NCBI GenBank assembly: GCA_963760955.1
Contig: CAVXFF010000001.1
Coordinates: forward strand, 2,518,740 to 2,582,739
DNA: 64,000 bases
Direction of reading: 5' to 3'
Origin: Terriglobia bacterium
GTDB lineage: Bacteria > Acidobacteriota > Terriglobia > Bryobacterales > Bryobacteraceae
Below the pieces are notes generated by a model, which made no database searches, was not told the DNA's origin, and was given only the letters and a program-made list of their open reading frames with translations. The translations under genes and the position numbers were made by a program. This document shows, piece by piece, positions 1 to 9,127 of this stretch. Position 1 is the stretch's first letter. The number at the start of each line of letters is the position of its first letter.

Positions 1-654
1 CGCCTCATGTATCGCGAGGCTTACTACGGCGGCTTCGGCATCGGCCGCTCCGGGGCTTGGTCCATCGATTACCCCGGTGGCGACCGAAATCTGATCGAAG
101 GCGTCCGCCGCCTCACGCTGATCGATGTCCGCAGCGTGGAGCAGGCCGTCGAACTTGATGACACCGACGACGTCTACAACTGGCCCTTCCTCTACGCCGT
201 CGAACCCGGCCAGTGGACCCTTAACGAGGAAGAGGCCAAGAAGCTGCGCGACTTCCTCAACCGCGGCGGCTTTCTGATGCTCGACGACTTCCACGGCCTC
301 GCCCAATGGGAAATTTTCAAGGAAGGCATGGACAAGGTCTTCCCCGACAAGGAAATCGAGGACCTTCCCCAGGACGACCCCATCTTCCACATGCTGTCCG
401 ACGTCGATCAAAAGGTCCAGGTGGCCGGCCTGGCTGCCCTCTACCAGGGCCGCACCTATGAACAGCCCAGCGACCCCTTCCCCCGCTGGCGCGGCATCCG
501 CGACGACAAGGGCAACATCGTCGTCGCCATCTGCCACAACATGGACCTCGGCGACGCCTGGGAGCACTCCGACGACCCCTACTATCCCGAGGACATGGCC
601 GGCACCGCCCACCGCATCCTGGTCAACTACGCCACCTACGACTTGACGCACTAA
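1..654 (+). CDS. DUF4159-family protein, 5' end cut by window edge
   Basis: Frame is open from base 1 to TAA at 652-654. It shares the blocks RRLTLIDxRSVEQ, DDVYNWPFLY, RGGFxxxDDFHG and AICHNMDxxDAWE with the paralogs at 799-1623 and 15137-15940. The family name comes from memory of these motifs next to MoxR/DUF58/BatA genes. Confidence 0.75.
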   Translation, partial: RLMYREAYYGGFGIGRSGAWSIDYPGGDRNLIEGVRRLTLIDVRSVEQAVELDDTDDVYNWPFLYAVEPGQWTLNEEEAKKLRDFLNRGGFLMLDDFHGLAQWEIFKEGMDKVFPDKEIEDLPQDDPIFHMLSDVDQKVQVAGLAALYQGRTYEQPSDPFPRWRGIRDDKGNIVVAICHNMDLGDAWEHSDDPYYPEDMAGTAHRILVNYATYDLTH

Positions 655-655
655 G

Positions 656-712
656 GTGGCGCAAGCACTCCTGCTTGCCGCGCCGGGACTCATCGCGGCG
701 CGTGTCCCCACC
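656..712 (+). repeat. REP-like double-hairpin element, copy 1 (diverged)
   Basis: GTGGCGCAAGC-ACTCCT-GCTTGCCGCGCCGGGACTCATCGCGGCGCG begins 2 nt after the stop codon. It has two adjacent stem-loops (GCAAGC/GCTTGC and CGCGCCG/CGGCGCG). Same family as the copies at 24697, 28629, 28885(-), 43026 and 47052(-). Confidence 0.7.
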
Positions 713-798
713 TGCCCGCAACCCCTGACTCATTGATTCAGAACGGTTATTTCGAACCTCGTGTGTTATGCTTGTGGGCGAGTTCTAGGGCGTCCCTC

Positions 799-1623
799 AT
801 GCGGCTCCGCACGGTAGTTTTCATCATCTTCGCTTACGTGGCCACCTGGGGTATCGTGAATGCGCAGAAGCCCTGGAAGGACTACACGGACCTTTTTGAA
901 ACCGAGTACCACGAAGGCCAGATTCCCATCCCGCCGGACTACCGCGAACCCCACGATTTCACCCGGGCGCGGCTCAAATACACCAAGGTCGGCATCCTGC
1001 ACCCGGGCATGGACACCGGGGTCTGGGGCTGGGGCACGGACTATCCCCGCGGCGACCGCCATTTCCTCGAAGGCCTGCGCCGCCTGACCCTGATCGACAC
1101 CCGGTCAGTGGAGCAGGTGATCGAACTTGACGGCTCCGACGACGTCTATAACTGGCCGTTTTTGTATGGAGTAGAGGTCGGCCATTGGCACCTGTTCGAC
1201 GACGAGGCCGACCAGCTTCGCGACTACCTGGAGCGCGGCGGCTTCTTCATGACCGACGATTTCCATGGCACCATCGAGTGGGCCAACTTCGTTGAAAACC
1301 TCCAGAAGGTGTTTCCCACGCGCCCAATTGTCGACGTCGATAACTCCGACGAGGTTTTTCACGTCTTATATGATTTGAACGACCGTTACCAGATTCCCGG
1401 CGCCCAGTTCCTGAGTTCCGGCAAGCGCTACGAGTTTGACGGATTCGACCCCAAGTGGCGGGCTATCTATGACGACCAGGGCCGGATCATGGTGGCCATC
1501 TGCCACAACATGGACATCAGCGATGCGATAGAGTGGTCCGACGACCCGCGTTACCCGGCCGAGCCCGCAAATCTCGCGTACCGGATCGCGACAAACTACG
1601 TCATGTATGATTTGACACACTAG
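799..1623 (+). CDS. DUF4159-family protein with N-terminal signal/anchor
   Basis: The track ORF 733-1623 starts at TTG. The ATG at 799 gives MRLRTVVFIIFAYVATWGIVNA, which looks like a signal peptide. Strong paralogy to 1-654 and 15137-15940. Confidence 0.8.
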   Translation: MRLRTVVFIIFAYVATWGIVNAQKPWKDYTDLFETEYHEGQIPIPPDYREPHDFTRARLKYTKVGILHPGMDTGVWGWGTDYPRGDRHFLEGLRRLTLIDTRSVEQVIELDGSDDVYNWPFLYGVEVGHWHLFDDEADQLRDYLERGGFFMTDDFHGTIEWANFVENLQKVFPTRPIVDVDNSDEVFHVLYDLNDRYQIPGAQFLSSGKRYEFDGFDPKWRAIYDDQGRIMVAICHNMDISDAIEWSDDPRYPAEPANLAYRIATNYVMYDLTH

Positions 1624-1638
1624 TGAGAGCCTTCTGAA

Positions 1639-3930
1639 ATGTTCGAGTTCCTCTTCAAGTACCCGCTGACGCTGTACCGCCAGGGCAGTTTCGTGTTCCT
1701 GAATACCTGGCCGCTGTGGATGCTGGGGGCCGGCATCCTGCTGGCCGCTGCCGGACTGGGCTTCCTGGTGTGGCGCAGCTCAGCTGGATCCAATCGGATC
1801 GAGGGGCTCAAGAAAGCCGCCATCTGGGCCTGCCAGGCCGCGTTGGCCGCCCTGATCCTGTTCATGATCTGGCACCCCGCGCTCAGCGTGGCCACGCTCA
1901 AGCCGCAGCAGAATATCGTGGCCGTGGTGGTGGACGATTCCGGATCCATGGCCACCAACGACTCCGACGGCATGACCCGCCGCGAGGACGCCATGAAGGT
2001 CTTGAACGACGGCCTGCTCACCAAGCTGAAGGACAAGTTCCAGGTGCGCGTCTATCGCATGACGGACCACCTGGACCGGATTGACTCGCTAACGGAGCTG
2101 AACGCAGAAGCCCCGGCCACCCACATCGGCGACAGCCTGAAGCAGGTGGTGGACGACGCCACCAGCCTTCCCATCGGCGCCATGGTGGTGCTGAGCGACG
2201 GCGCCGACAACACCGGCGGCGTCGGCCTGGAAACGTTGTCGGAAATCCGCCGCCAGCAGATCCCGGTGCACACCATCGGCTTCGGCCGGGAGGAGATGGA
2301 GCACGATATCGAGATCAGCGGTCTCGAACTGCCCCAGCGCGCGCTGCCCGATTCGCGCCTCTCGGCCATGGTCACCTTCCATAACCACGGCTACTCCGGT
2401 GACAAGGTGAAGATCACCATCCGCGACACCACCAAGGTGCTGGCCAGCCAGGAAGTCACCCTCGGCAAGGAAGGCGCCACGCAGGTGGAAAACGTCCTGT
2501 TCAACGCCGGACCCGCCGGGGTGCGCACCCTGCAGGCCTCCATCGATCCGCTGCCCAATGAAGAGAATATCCGCAACAACGTTGTCACCCGACTGGTGAA
2601 CGTCGATGACCGCACGCCGCGCATCCTTTATTTGGAAGGCGAGCCCCGCTGGGAGTTCAAGTTCGCCAAGCGCGGCGTCGAGGATGACAAGACCATTCAG
2701 TTGACCACCATTCTGCGCACCGCTCCGAACAAGCTGTACCGCCAGAACGTCTGCCCCAACAACCAGGACATGGCCAACGGCGAGTGCCAGGAGCTCAAGG
2801 ACGGCTTCCCCACCACGGTGGAAAAGCTTTTCGAGTTCGAAGGCTTGATGTTCGGCAGCGTCGACGCGGGCTACCTGACGCCCACGCAACTCCAGATGGT
2901 GAAGGATTTCGTCGACCGCCGCGGTGGCGGTCTCCTGTTCCTGGGCGGCAAGGACGCGCTGGCCGACGGCGGCTGGCAGTCCACGCCGGTCAACGACGTG
3001 CTCCCCACCCGCCTGCCGGATCGCAAGGGAACGTTCCACTGGCAGCCCTCCAATGTCCGCCTCACCGGCGATGGCATGAACAGCATGATCACCCGCCTCG
3101 AGGATGATCCGCAGAAGAACGCCAAGCGCTGGGAAGAGCTGCCTTACATCCGCAACATTCAGGATATTGGCACGCTGAAGCTCGGCGCGGTGGAACTGGC
3201 CGACGCGGTGCCCATGAACGGCGGCGGCGGAGCCACACCCCTGCTGGTGACCATGAACTACGGACGCGGCCGCACGGCCGTGTTCGCCACCAGCGGAAGC
3301 TGGCGCTGGCAGATGCTCCAGGAAGTCTCCGACAAGAGCCACGAGATGTTCTACCAGCAGTTGCTCCGCTGGCTGGTCACCGATACGCCGCGACACGTCA
3401 CGGGATCGACTCCGGAAAGCGTGCTCTCCGACCAGTCCCGCGTGCGCCTGGAAGCCGACGTTCGGGACAAGACTTTCCTGCCCGCCAATGACGCGACGGT
3501 CGAAGCCACCATCCTGGGCGAGGGCGTCACGGACACGGTGGAGATGGTGCCGAAGCCCTTCGAGCAGGGCCAGTTCATGGCGGACTGGCAGGCGCCTAAG
3601 GCCGGTTCCTATGTCGTGGAAGTGGTCGCTCGCCGCGGCGACGAAGAACTGGGGCGCGACAAGTTCACCTTCCGACGGGAAGACGGCGTGGCGGAAAATT
3701 TCGGTGTGGAGCAGAACAAGCAGCTTCTGGAAAAACTCTCCTCGCAGACGGGCGGCCAATATTACACGCCCGCCGATGCGCAGAAGCTGGCCGACGACAT
3801 CACGTATTCTCAGGCCGGCATCACCGTGCGGGAAACCCGCGATCTGTGGGACATGCCGGCTATTTTCGTTGCGTTCCTGGCCATCTGCGCCATCGAGTGG
3901 CTGCTGCGCCGGCGTTGGGGCGTAATCTAA
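1639..3930 (+). CDS. Membrane-anchored vWA-domain protein with GATase1-like (DUF1355-type) region
   Basis: ATG at 1639. N-terminal TM helices, MIDAS motif VVVDDSGSM, a later RILYLEGEPRWEFKF block and a C-terminal TM (PAIFVAFLAICAIEWLL). Sits 15 nt after the upstream gene. Confidence 0.8.
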   Translation: MFEFLFKYPLTLYRQGSFVFLNTWPLWMLGAGILLAAAGLGFLVWRSSAGSNRIEGLKKAAIWACQAALAALILFMIWHPALSVATLKPQQNIVAVVVDDSGSMATNDSDGMTRREDAMKVLNDGLLTKLKDKFQVRVYRMTDHLDRIDSLTELNAEAPATHIGDSLKQVVDDATSLPIGAMVVLSDGADNTGGVGLETLSEIRRQQIPVHTIGFGREEMEHDIEISGLELPQRALPDSRLSAMVTFHNHGYSGDKVKITIRDTTKVLASQEVTLGKEGATQVENVLFNAGPAGVRTLQASIDPLPNEENIRNNVVTRLVNVDDRTPRILYLEGEPRWEFKFAKRGVEDDKTIQLTTILRTAPNKLYRQNVCPNNQDMANGECQELKDGFPTTVEKLFEFEGLMFGSVDAGYLTPTQLQMVKDFVDRRGGGLLFLGGKDALADGGWQSTPVNDVLPTRLPDRKGTFHWQPSNVRLTGDGMNSMITRLEDDPQKNAKRWEELPYIRNIQDIGTLKLGAVELADAVPMNGGGGATPLLVTMNYGRGRTAVFATSGSWRWQMLQEVSDKSHEMFYQQLLRWLVTDTPRHVTGSTPESVLSDQSRVRLEADVRDKTFLPANDATVEATILGEGVTDTVEMVPKPFEQGQFMADWQAPKAGSYVVEVVARRGDEELGRDKFTFRREDGVAENFGVEQNKQLLEKLSSQTGGQYYTPADAQKLADDITYSQAGITVRETRDLWDMPAIFVAFLAICAIEWLLRRRWGVI

Positions 3931-3946
3931 GGACAACAGGTGTGAT

Positions 3947-4864
3947 ATGAAGACTCTCTTTCTCCTGATCACGATGGCGCTGGCGGCCAGCGCGAATACC
4001 TTCTATCTCACGGTGGCCGGCCTGGGCGGCGAAGACGATTACGACCAGCGCTTCACCGGCTGGGCCACGGACATGTCCAAGCTGGCGGCCAACGAACCTA
4101 ACGCCAAGGTCGAGACGCTCACCGGCGCGGCCGCGACGAAGGAAAACATCGAAGCCAAGATGAAGGAGATCGCCGGCGCGGCCAAGGCCGACGACACCTT
4201 TGTCCTGTTCCTGATCGGCCACGGCACCTACGACAACATCGATTACAAGTTCAATATTCCTGGCCATGACATCTCGGCCACCGAACTTGCCGCGCTGCTC
4301 AATAAGATCCCGGCCAAGACCGTTGTCGTCGATGCCACCAGTGCCAGCGGTGGCGCGCTTTCCGCTTTGCAGAAGGACAAGCGTGTGGTGATCGTGGCCA
4401 CCAAGAGCGGTACGGAGAAGAACGCCACCATCTTCGCCCGCTACTGGGTGGAAGCCTTCCGCGACGCCGCCGCCGATGCGGACAAGAACCAGACGCTGAG
4501 CGCGCTCGAGGCGTTCAAGTACGCGCAGCAGAAGGTCACCAGCTATTACGAATCGCAGAAGCGCCTGTCGACCGAGCATAGCGTCCTGGATGACACCGGC
4601 AAGAGCGAGGGCGAGAAGGACCCGTCGGCCGAAAACGGCCAGGGGCTGATTGCCGGCCGCGTGCCGATCCTGCATTTGGGCTCCGTGGCGTCCTACGTGA
4701 ACGATCCCAAGAAACAAGATCTCCTCAAACAGAAGGATCTTCTGGAAACCAAGATCGACGAGCTGAAATACACCAAGGCGGCTATCTCGGATCGCGACTA
4801 TACCACCCAGATGCGCCAGCTTCTGCTGGATCTGGCCAAGGTGCAGGCGGGCCTCGACCAGTGA
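3947..4864 (+). CDS. Secreted legumain/caspase-fold (peptidase C13-like) protein lacking the catalytic Cys, with coiled-coil tail
   Basis: Signal peptide MKTLFLLITMALAASA. FVLFLIGHGTY keeps the catalytic-type His. VVVDATSASGG lies 39 residues later, where C13 enzymes have EACESG, so Thr/Ser replaces Cys. The C-terminal about 60 aa are heptad-like (KQDLLKQKDLLETKIDELKY). Confidence 0.6.
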   Translation: MKTLFLLITMALAASANTFYLTVAGLGGEDDYDQRFTGWATDMSKLAANEPNAKVETLTGAAATKENIEAKMKEIAGAAKADDTFVLFLIGHGTYDNIDYKFNIPGHDISATELAALLNKIPAKTVVVDATSASGGALSALQKDKRVVIVATKSGTEKNATIFARYWVEAFRDAAADADKNQTLSALEAFKYAQQKVTSYYESQKRLSTEHSVLDDTGKSEGEKDPSAENGQGLIAGRVPILHLGSVASYVNDPKKQDLLKQKDLLETKIDELKYTKAAISDRDYTTQMRQLLLDLAKVQAGLDQ

Positions 4865-7128
4865 ACCGAACGAGGAACCTCATTGAAGCCATGAGAATCA
4901 CCAAGCTTCACGCATTCTTGATCGCCGTCCTGGTCTTCGCCAGTCTGTGGGTGGCGGACCGCCACCACTGGTTCCGCCAGGTGCCGGCGCGGGCGCAGGG
5001 ACCGAATCCTGCCGCGGATTGCCTGAAGCTCCGCCGTCACGGCGACCCGGCCGCCACGGCGTGCTTCGAGAAGTTGTCGCAATCGCGTGACAACGTGACC
5101 CGCGGGGAAGGACTGTGGGGTCTCAAGGACTACTACGGCGCCAACGAAGCCTTCAAGGCTGCCGCCGCGGCCGACGAGAAGGACATCAACGTGCGCGTCC
5201 GTTGGGGCCGCATGTTCCTCGAACACTACGGTCCGGCCGACGCCCAGGCGCTGTTCCAGGAAGCGCTTGAAATCAGCCCCATGGATGCCGAAGCGCTGCT
5301 CGGCATGGCCTTCGTCGCGAGCGAAAACTTCGAGGGCGCCGCTATCAAGTTCGCCGAACAGGCTCTCGAGGTCGACCCGGACTTGGCCGAGGCCCAAGCC
5401 CTCATCGCACGCATCCATCTGGAGGACAACAACCCGGAGGAAGCTCGCGAGGCCGCCCACAAGGCGCTCGAAATCTCCAACGAATCACTTGAAGCGCTGT
5501 CGGTATTGGCCATCGCCGACTGGCTGGAAGACAAGCCCGGCACCGAGTGGATCGAGCAGCTCAATGCGGTCAACCCGCGCTACGCCCAGCTCTACGAAGA
5601 CGCCGGGCACTTCTTCGTCATCAACCGCCGCTATGACGAAGGCATCGCGTATTACCGCAAGGCGCTCGAACTGGAGCCCGACCTGTGGAGCGCGCGCGCC
5701 GAGCTGGGCATCAACCTGATGCGCTTCGCCAAGGACGAGGAAGCCCGCCAGCAACTCGAGGCCTGCTACAACAACGGTTGGAAAGCGGCCATCGTGGTTA
5801 ACTCCCTGACCCTGATGGACAGCTACAAGAACTTCGATACGTTCACCACGCCCACCACCATTCTGAAGCTCCACAAGAAGGAATCCACGCTGCTCGATCC
5901 TTACTTCCAGGCGGAATTCGACCGCGCCCTGTCCACCTACGAAAAGAAGTACAAGTACAAGCTGGACGGACCCGTGCAGGTGGAGGTCTACCCTGACCAC
6001 CCCGACTTCGAAGTCCGGACTATGGGCCTACCGGGGCTGGGCGCGCTCGGCGTGACGTTCGGCAAAGTCGTCGCCATGGACTCGCCCAGCAGCCGCAAGC
6101 CCGGCGAATTCCACTGGGCCAGCACCATGTGGCATGAGCTGAGCCACGTCTACGTGCTCGCCATGACCAAGAGCCGCACGCCGCGCTGGTTCACCGAAGG
6201 CCTGGCGGTCTACGAGGAAACGGCCACCGAGCCGAGCTGGGGCGACCGCATGACGCCCTACGAAATCCAGGCCATCAAAGAGGACAAGCTGCTGCCCATC
6301 GCCGACCTCGACCGCGGCTTCATCCACCCCACTTATCCGGAACAGGTGGTGGTCAGCTACTACCAGGGCGGCCAGGTCATCACCTTCATCGTCGAAAAGT
6401 GGGGCTATGACGCCGTGCTGGGCATGATCCACGCCTACGCTGAAGTCAAGGACACACCCACCGTGATCCAGGAAGTGCTCAAGGTCACTCCCGAAGAGTT
6501 CGACAAGCAGTTTTTCCCGTGGCTGGAAGCCCGCACCAAGACGACCGTCGACGGCTTCGATGACTGGCGCGAACGCCTGCTCAAGATCTCCGACATGGTC
6601 AAGGAGAAGCAGTGGGACCAGGTGATCGCCGAAGGTACCGAGATCCGCGACATCTACCCGGATTACGTCGAAGCCGGCAGCGTCTACGAATTCCTGGCGC
6701 AGGCCTACATCGGCAAAGAGGACAAGGCCAACGCCATCGCCCAGCTTGAAAAATACGCTTCCGTGGGTGGCCGCACGCCGTCGACTCTCAAGCGCCTGGC
6801 CGAGATGCAAACCGAGGCCGGCAACAAGAAGGGCGCCGCCGCCACGCTCGAACGCTTGAACGACATCTATCTTGAAGACGACCAGGCCCACCAGATGCTC
6901 GGCAAGCTCTACATGGACCTGGGCAATGCGCAGGGCGCCGTGCGCGAGTATACATCCATGATCGCCGCCGGCCACCAGGACGTTGCCGGTGGACGCCTGG
7001 AACTGGCCGAGGCTTACCATGCCGCCGGGGAAAAAGACAAAGCCCTCGACCAGGTCTATCTGGCCCTCGAGGCCGCGCCGAGCTACAAGCCGGCCCAGAA
7101 GCTTCTGTTGGAGTTGAGTGCGCAATAG
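4861..7128 (+). CDS. Membrane-anchored TPR protein with central HEXXH (Peptidase_MA-like gluzincin) domain
   Basis: The GTG at 4861 overlaps the upstream TGA (GTGA); an alternative ATG lies at 4891. N-terminal TM (LHAFLIAVLVFASLWV) and TPR-like repeats on both sides. Zincin motif WHELSHVY followed by FTEGLAVYEE. Confidence 0.75.
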   Translation: MNRTRNLIEAMRITKLHAFLIAVLVFASLWVADRHHWFRQVPARAQGPNPAADCLKLRRHGDPAATACFEKLSQSRDNVTRGEGLWGLKDYYGANEAFKAAAAADEKDINVRVRWGRMFLEHYGPADAQALFQEALEISPMDAEALLGMAFVASENFEGAAIKFAEQALEVDPDLAEAQALIARIHLEDNNPEEAREAAHKALEISNESLEALSVLAIADWLEDKPGTEWIEQLNAVNPRYAQLYEDAGHFFVINRRYDEGIAYYRKALELEPDLWSARAELGINLMRFAKDEEARQQLEACYNNGWKAAIVVNSLTLMDSYKNFDTFTTPTTILKLHKKESTLLDPYFQAEFDRALSTYEKKYKYKLDGPVQVEVYPDHPDFEVRTMGLPGLGALGVTFGKVVAMDSPSSRKPGEFHWASTMWHELSHVYVLAMTKSRTPRWFTEGLAVYEETATEPSWGDRMTPYEIQAIKEDKLLPIADLDRGFIHPTYPEQVVVSYYQGGQVITFIVEKWGYDAVLGMIHAYAEVKDTPTVIQEVLKVTPEEFDKQFFPWLEARTKTTVDGFDDWRERLLKISDMVKEKQWDQVIAEGTEIRDIYPDYVEAGSVYEFLAQAYIGKEDKANAIAQLEKYASVGGRTPSTLKRLAEMQTEAGNKKGAAATLERLNDIYLEDDQAHQMLGKLYMDLGNAQGAVREYTSMIAAGHQDVAGGRLELAEAYHAAGEKDKALDQVYLALEAAPSYKPAQKLLLELSAQ

Positions 7129-7162
7129 ATTCTAGAAACGTGGAACAATAGACGGAACCGTA

Positions 7163-8191
7163 ATGTCGACAACCCCTACTCTTCAAACGCTGGATACCGG
7201 CGAAGTCAAAGAACGCATCGCACGCTTTCACAAGGTGCAGGAAGGAATCGTCGCCCAGATCCACAACGTGATCGTGGGCCAGGACGAAGTGATCGAACAG
7301 GTGCTCATCGGCCTGTTTGTCGGCGGCCACTGCCTCATCACCGGCCTGCCGGGCACCGCCAAGACGCTGCTGGTGCGCACCATCGGCCAGATCCTGGGAC
7401 TGGACTTCAAACGCATTCAGTTCACCCCCGACCTGATGCCTTCTGACATTACCGGTACCGATCTGATCGAGGAAGATCCCACCACCGGGCGCCGCACCTG
7501 GACCTTCGTGCCCGGTCCGATCTTTTCGAACATTCTGCTGGCCGACGAGATCAATCGTACGCCGCCCAAGACGCAGTCGGCGCTGCTCGAAGCCATGCAG
7601 GAGCTGTCCTGTACGGTCCGCGGCAATCACTATAAGATCCAGCCGCCGTTCTTCGTGCTGGCCACGCAGAACCCCATCGAGCTGGAAGGCACCTATCCGC
7701 TGCCGGAAGCTCAGCTCGACCGCTTCATCTTTAATGTGATCCTCGATTACCTCTCGGCCGACGACGAAGTGAAGGTGCTGGATCTCACCACCACCAGCCA
7801 CCAGTCCAAGGTGGAGCCGGTGACCACGCCCGAAGAGATTGTCGACTTCCAGCGGCTGGTCCGCATGGTGCCCATCGCCGAATCGGTGGCGCGCTATGCC
7901 GTCAGCATCGTGCGAGCCACGCGCAGCACCGACGCGAGCTCCCCGGACTTCGTCAAGAAGTACGTCAACTTCGGCGCCAGCGTCCGCGCCGCGCAGAACC
8001 TGGTGCTCACTGCCAAGGCCCGCGCCCTCACGCAGCGCCGCTATCACGTCAGCTATGACGACGTCGCCGCCCTCACGCGCCCGATTCTGCGCCACAGAAT
8101 CCTGCTCAACTTCCAGGCCGAAAGCGACAAGCTCACTCAGGACGACATCCTTAAGAGGCTGCTCGACACGATTCCCAGGCCGAAGGACTAG
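7163..8191 (+). CDS. MoxR-family AAA+ ATPase
   Basis: Walker A GLPGTAKT, Walker B LLADEINR, typical ATQNPIELEGTYPLPEAQLDRF block, about 340 aa. Confidence 0.93.
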   Translation: MSTTPTLQTLDTGEVKERIARFHKVQEGIVAQIHNVIVGQDEVIEQVLIGLFVGGHCLITGLPGTAKTLLVRTIGQILGLDFKRIQFTPDLMPSDITGTDLIEEDPTTGRRTWTFVPGPIFSNILLADEINRTPPKTQSALLEAMQELSCTVRGNHYKIQPPFFVLATQNPIELEGTYPLPEAQLDRFIFNVILDYLSADDEVKVLDLTTTSHQSKVEPVTTPEEIVDFQRLVRMVPIAESVARYAVSIVRATRSTDASSPDFVKKYVNFGASVRAAQNLVLTAKARALTQRRYHVSYDDVAALTRPILRHRILLNFQAESDKLTQDDILKRLLDTIPRPKD

Positions 8192-8196
8192 CTGCT

Positions 8197-9093
8197 ATGT
8201 CGATGCAGCGCTTCCTCGATCCTTCCGTTCTGGCGGGCATCTCCAGCCTGGATCTGATCGCCAAAACGGTGGTCGACGGCTTCATCTCCGGTCTGCACGA
8301 ATCGCCCGACTTCGGCTTCAGCCAGGAGTTCGCCGAGTACCGCTCCTACGTCCCCGGCGACGACCTGCGCCACGTCGACTGGAACGTCTTCGCCCGCTCC
8401 GAACGCATGTACCTCAAGCGCTACCGCGGCGAAACCAACACCATGATCACGGTGCTGATCGATTCCAGCCGGTCCATGAAGTACGGCTCGCGCGGCATGG
8501 AGAAACTGGAATACGCGCGCTACCTGGCCGCGTCCATTGTTTACCTGGCGCACCTGCAGCGCGACGCCACCGGGCTCATCGTGTTTAATGACGACGTGCG
8601 CAACTTCGTGGCGCCCTCCTCGCGCCAGGGCCAAATGATGCGCCTGATGCACGCCATCGACCAGGCTGAGGTCGGCGAGCGCTCCCGCACGGATTTCGCC
8701 AAGCCTTTCGCCCACCTGGTCGACTTCCTGCGCAAACGCGGCATCGTCGTGGCGATCTCCGACTTCTGGGAGGACCCGGAAACCGTCATCAAGGCGGTCG
8801 GCCCCTTGCGCACGCGCGGCAATGAGCTGGTGCTGTTTCACGTGCTCGACCCCGATGAGATCCACCCCAAGTTCAAAGGTCCCATGCTGCTGGAGGATCT
8901 CGAAAGCGGCACCACCATGCAGGTTTCGCCCGACTACGCCAACCACGAGTACAAGGACAAGATGGCCACGCACCTGGAGGACCTGCGGCAGCGCGCCATC
9001 GGCTCCGGCATCGATTATTTTCTGTGTGACACCAGCCGTCCGCTGGACGCCGCCCTGCGTGAGTATCTGGCCGTTCGCACGGGCCGCCTGTGA
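8197..9093 (+). CDS. DUF58 (vWA-fold) protein
   Basis: Starts 5 nt after MoxR. Contains FAEYRSYVPGDDLRHVDW and VLIDSSRSM (DxSxS) blocks, typical of the DUF58 partners of MoxR. Confidence 0.88.
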   Translation: MSMQRFLDPSVLAGISSLDLIAKTVVDGFISGLHESPDFGFSQEFAEYRSYVPGDDLRHVDWNVFARSERMYLKRYRGETNTMITVLIDSSRSMKYGSRGMEKLEYARYLAASIVYLAHLQRDATGLIVFNDDVRNFVAPSSRQGQMMRLMHAIDQAEVGERSRTDFAKPFAHLVDFLRKRGIVVAISDFWEDPETVIKAVGPLRTRGNELVLFHVLDPDEIHPKFKGPMLLEDLESGTTMQVSPDYANHEYKDKMATHLEDLRQRAIGSGIDYFLCDTSRPLDAALREYLAVRTGRL

Positions 9094-9127
9094 GGTAACG
9101 GAAGTAGTGTAAGGAAGGAAGTTCGAT

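Noticed and set aside
2089-3972. 627-aa minus-strand ORF antisense to the vWA gene
   Set aside because: The composition is dominated by R/A/G/L/H with no motifs. The plus strand carries a clear TM-vWA protein. This is a typical shadow ORF in high-GC DNA.
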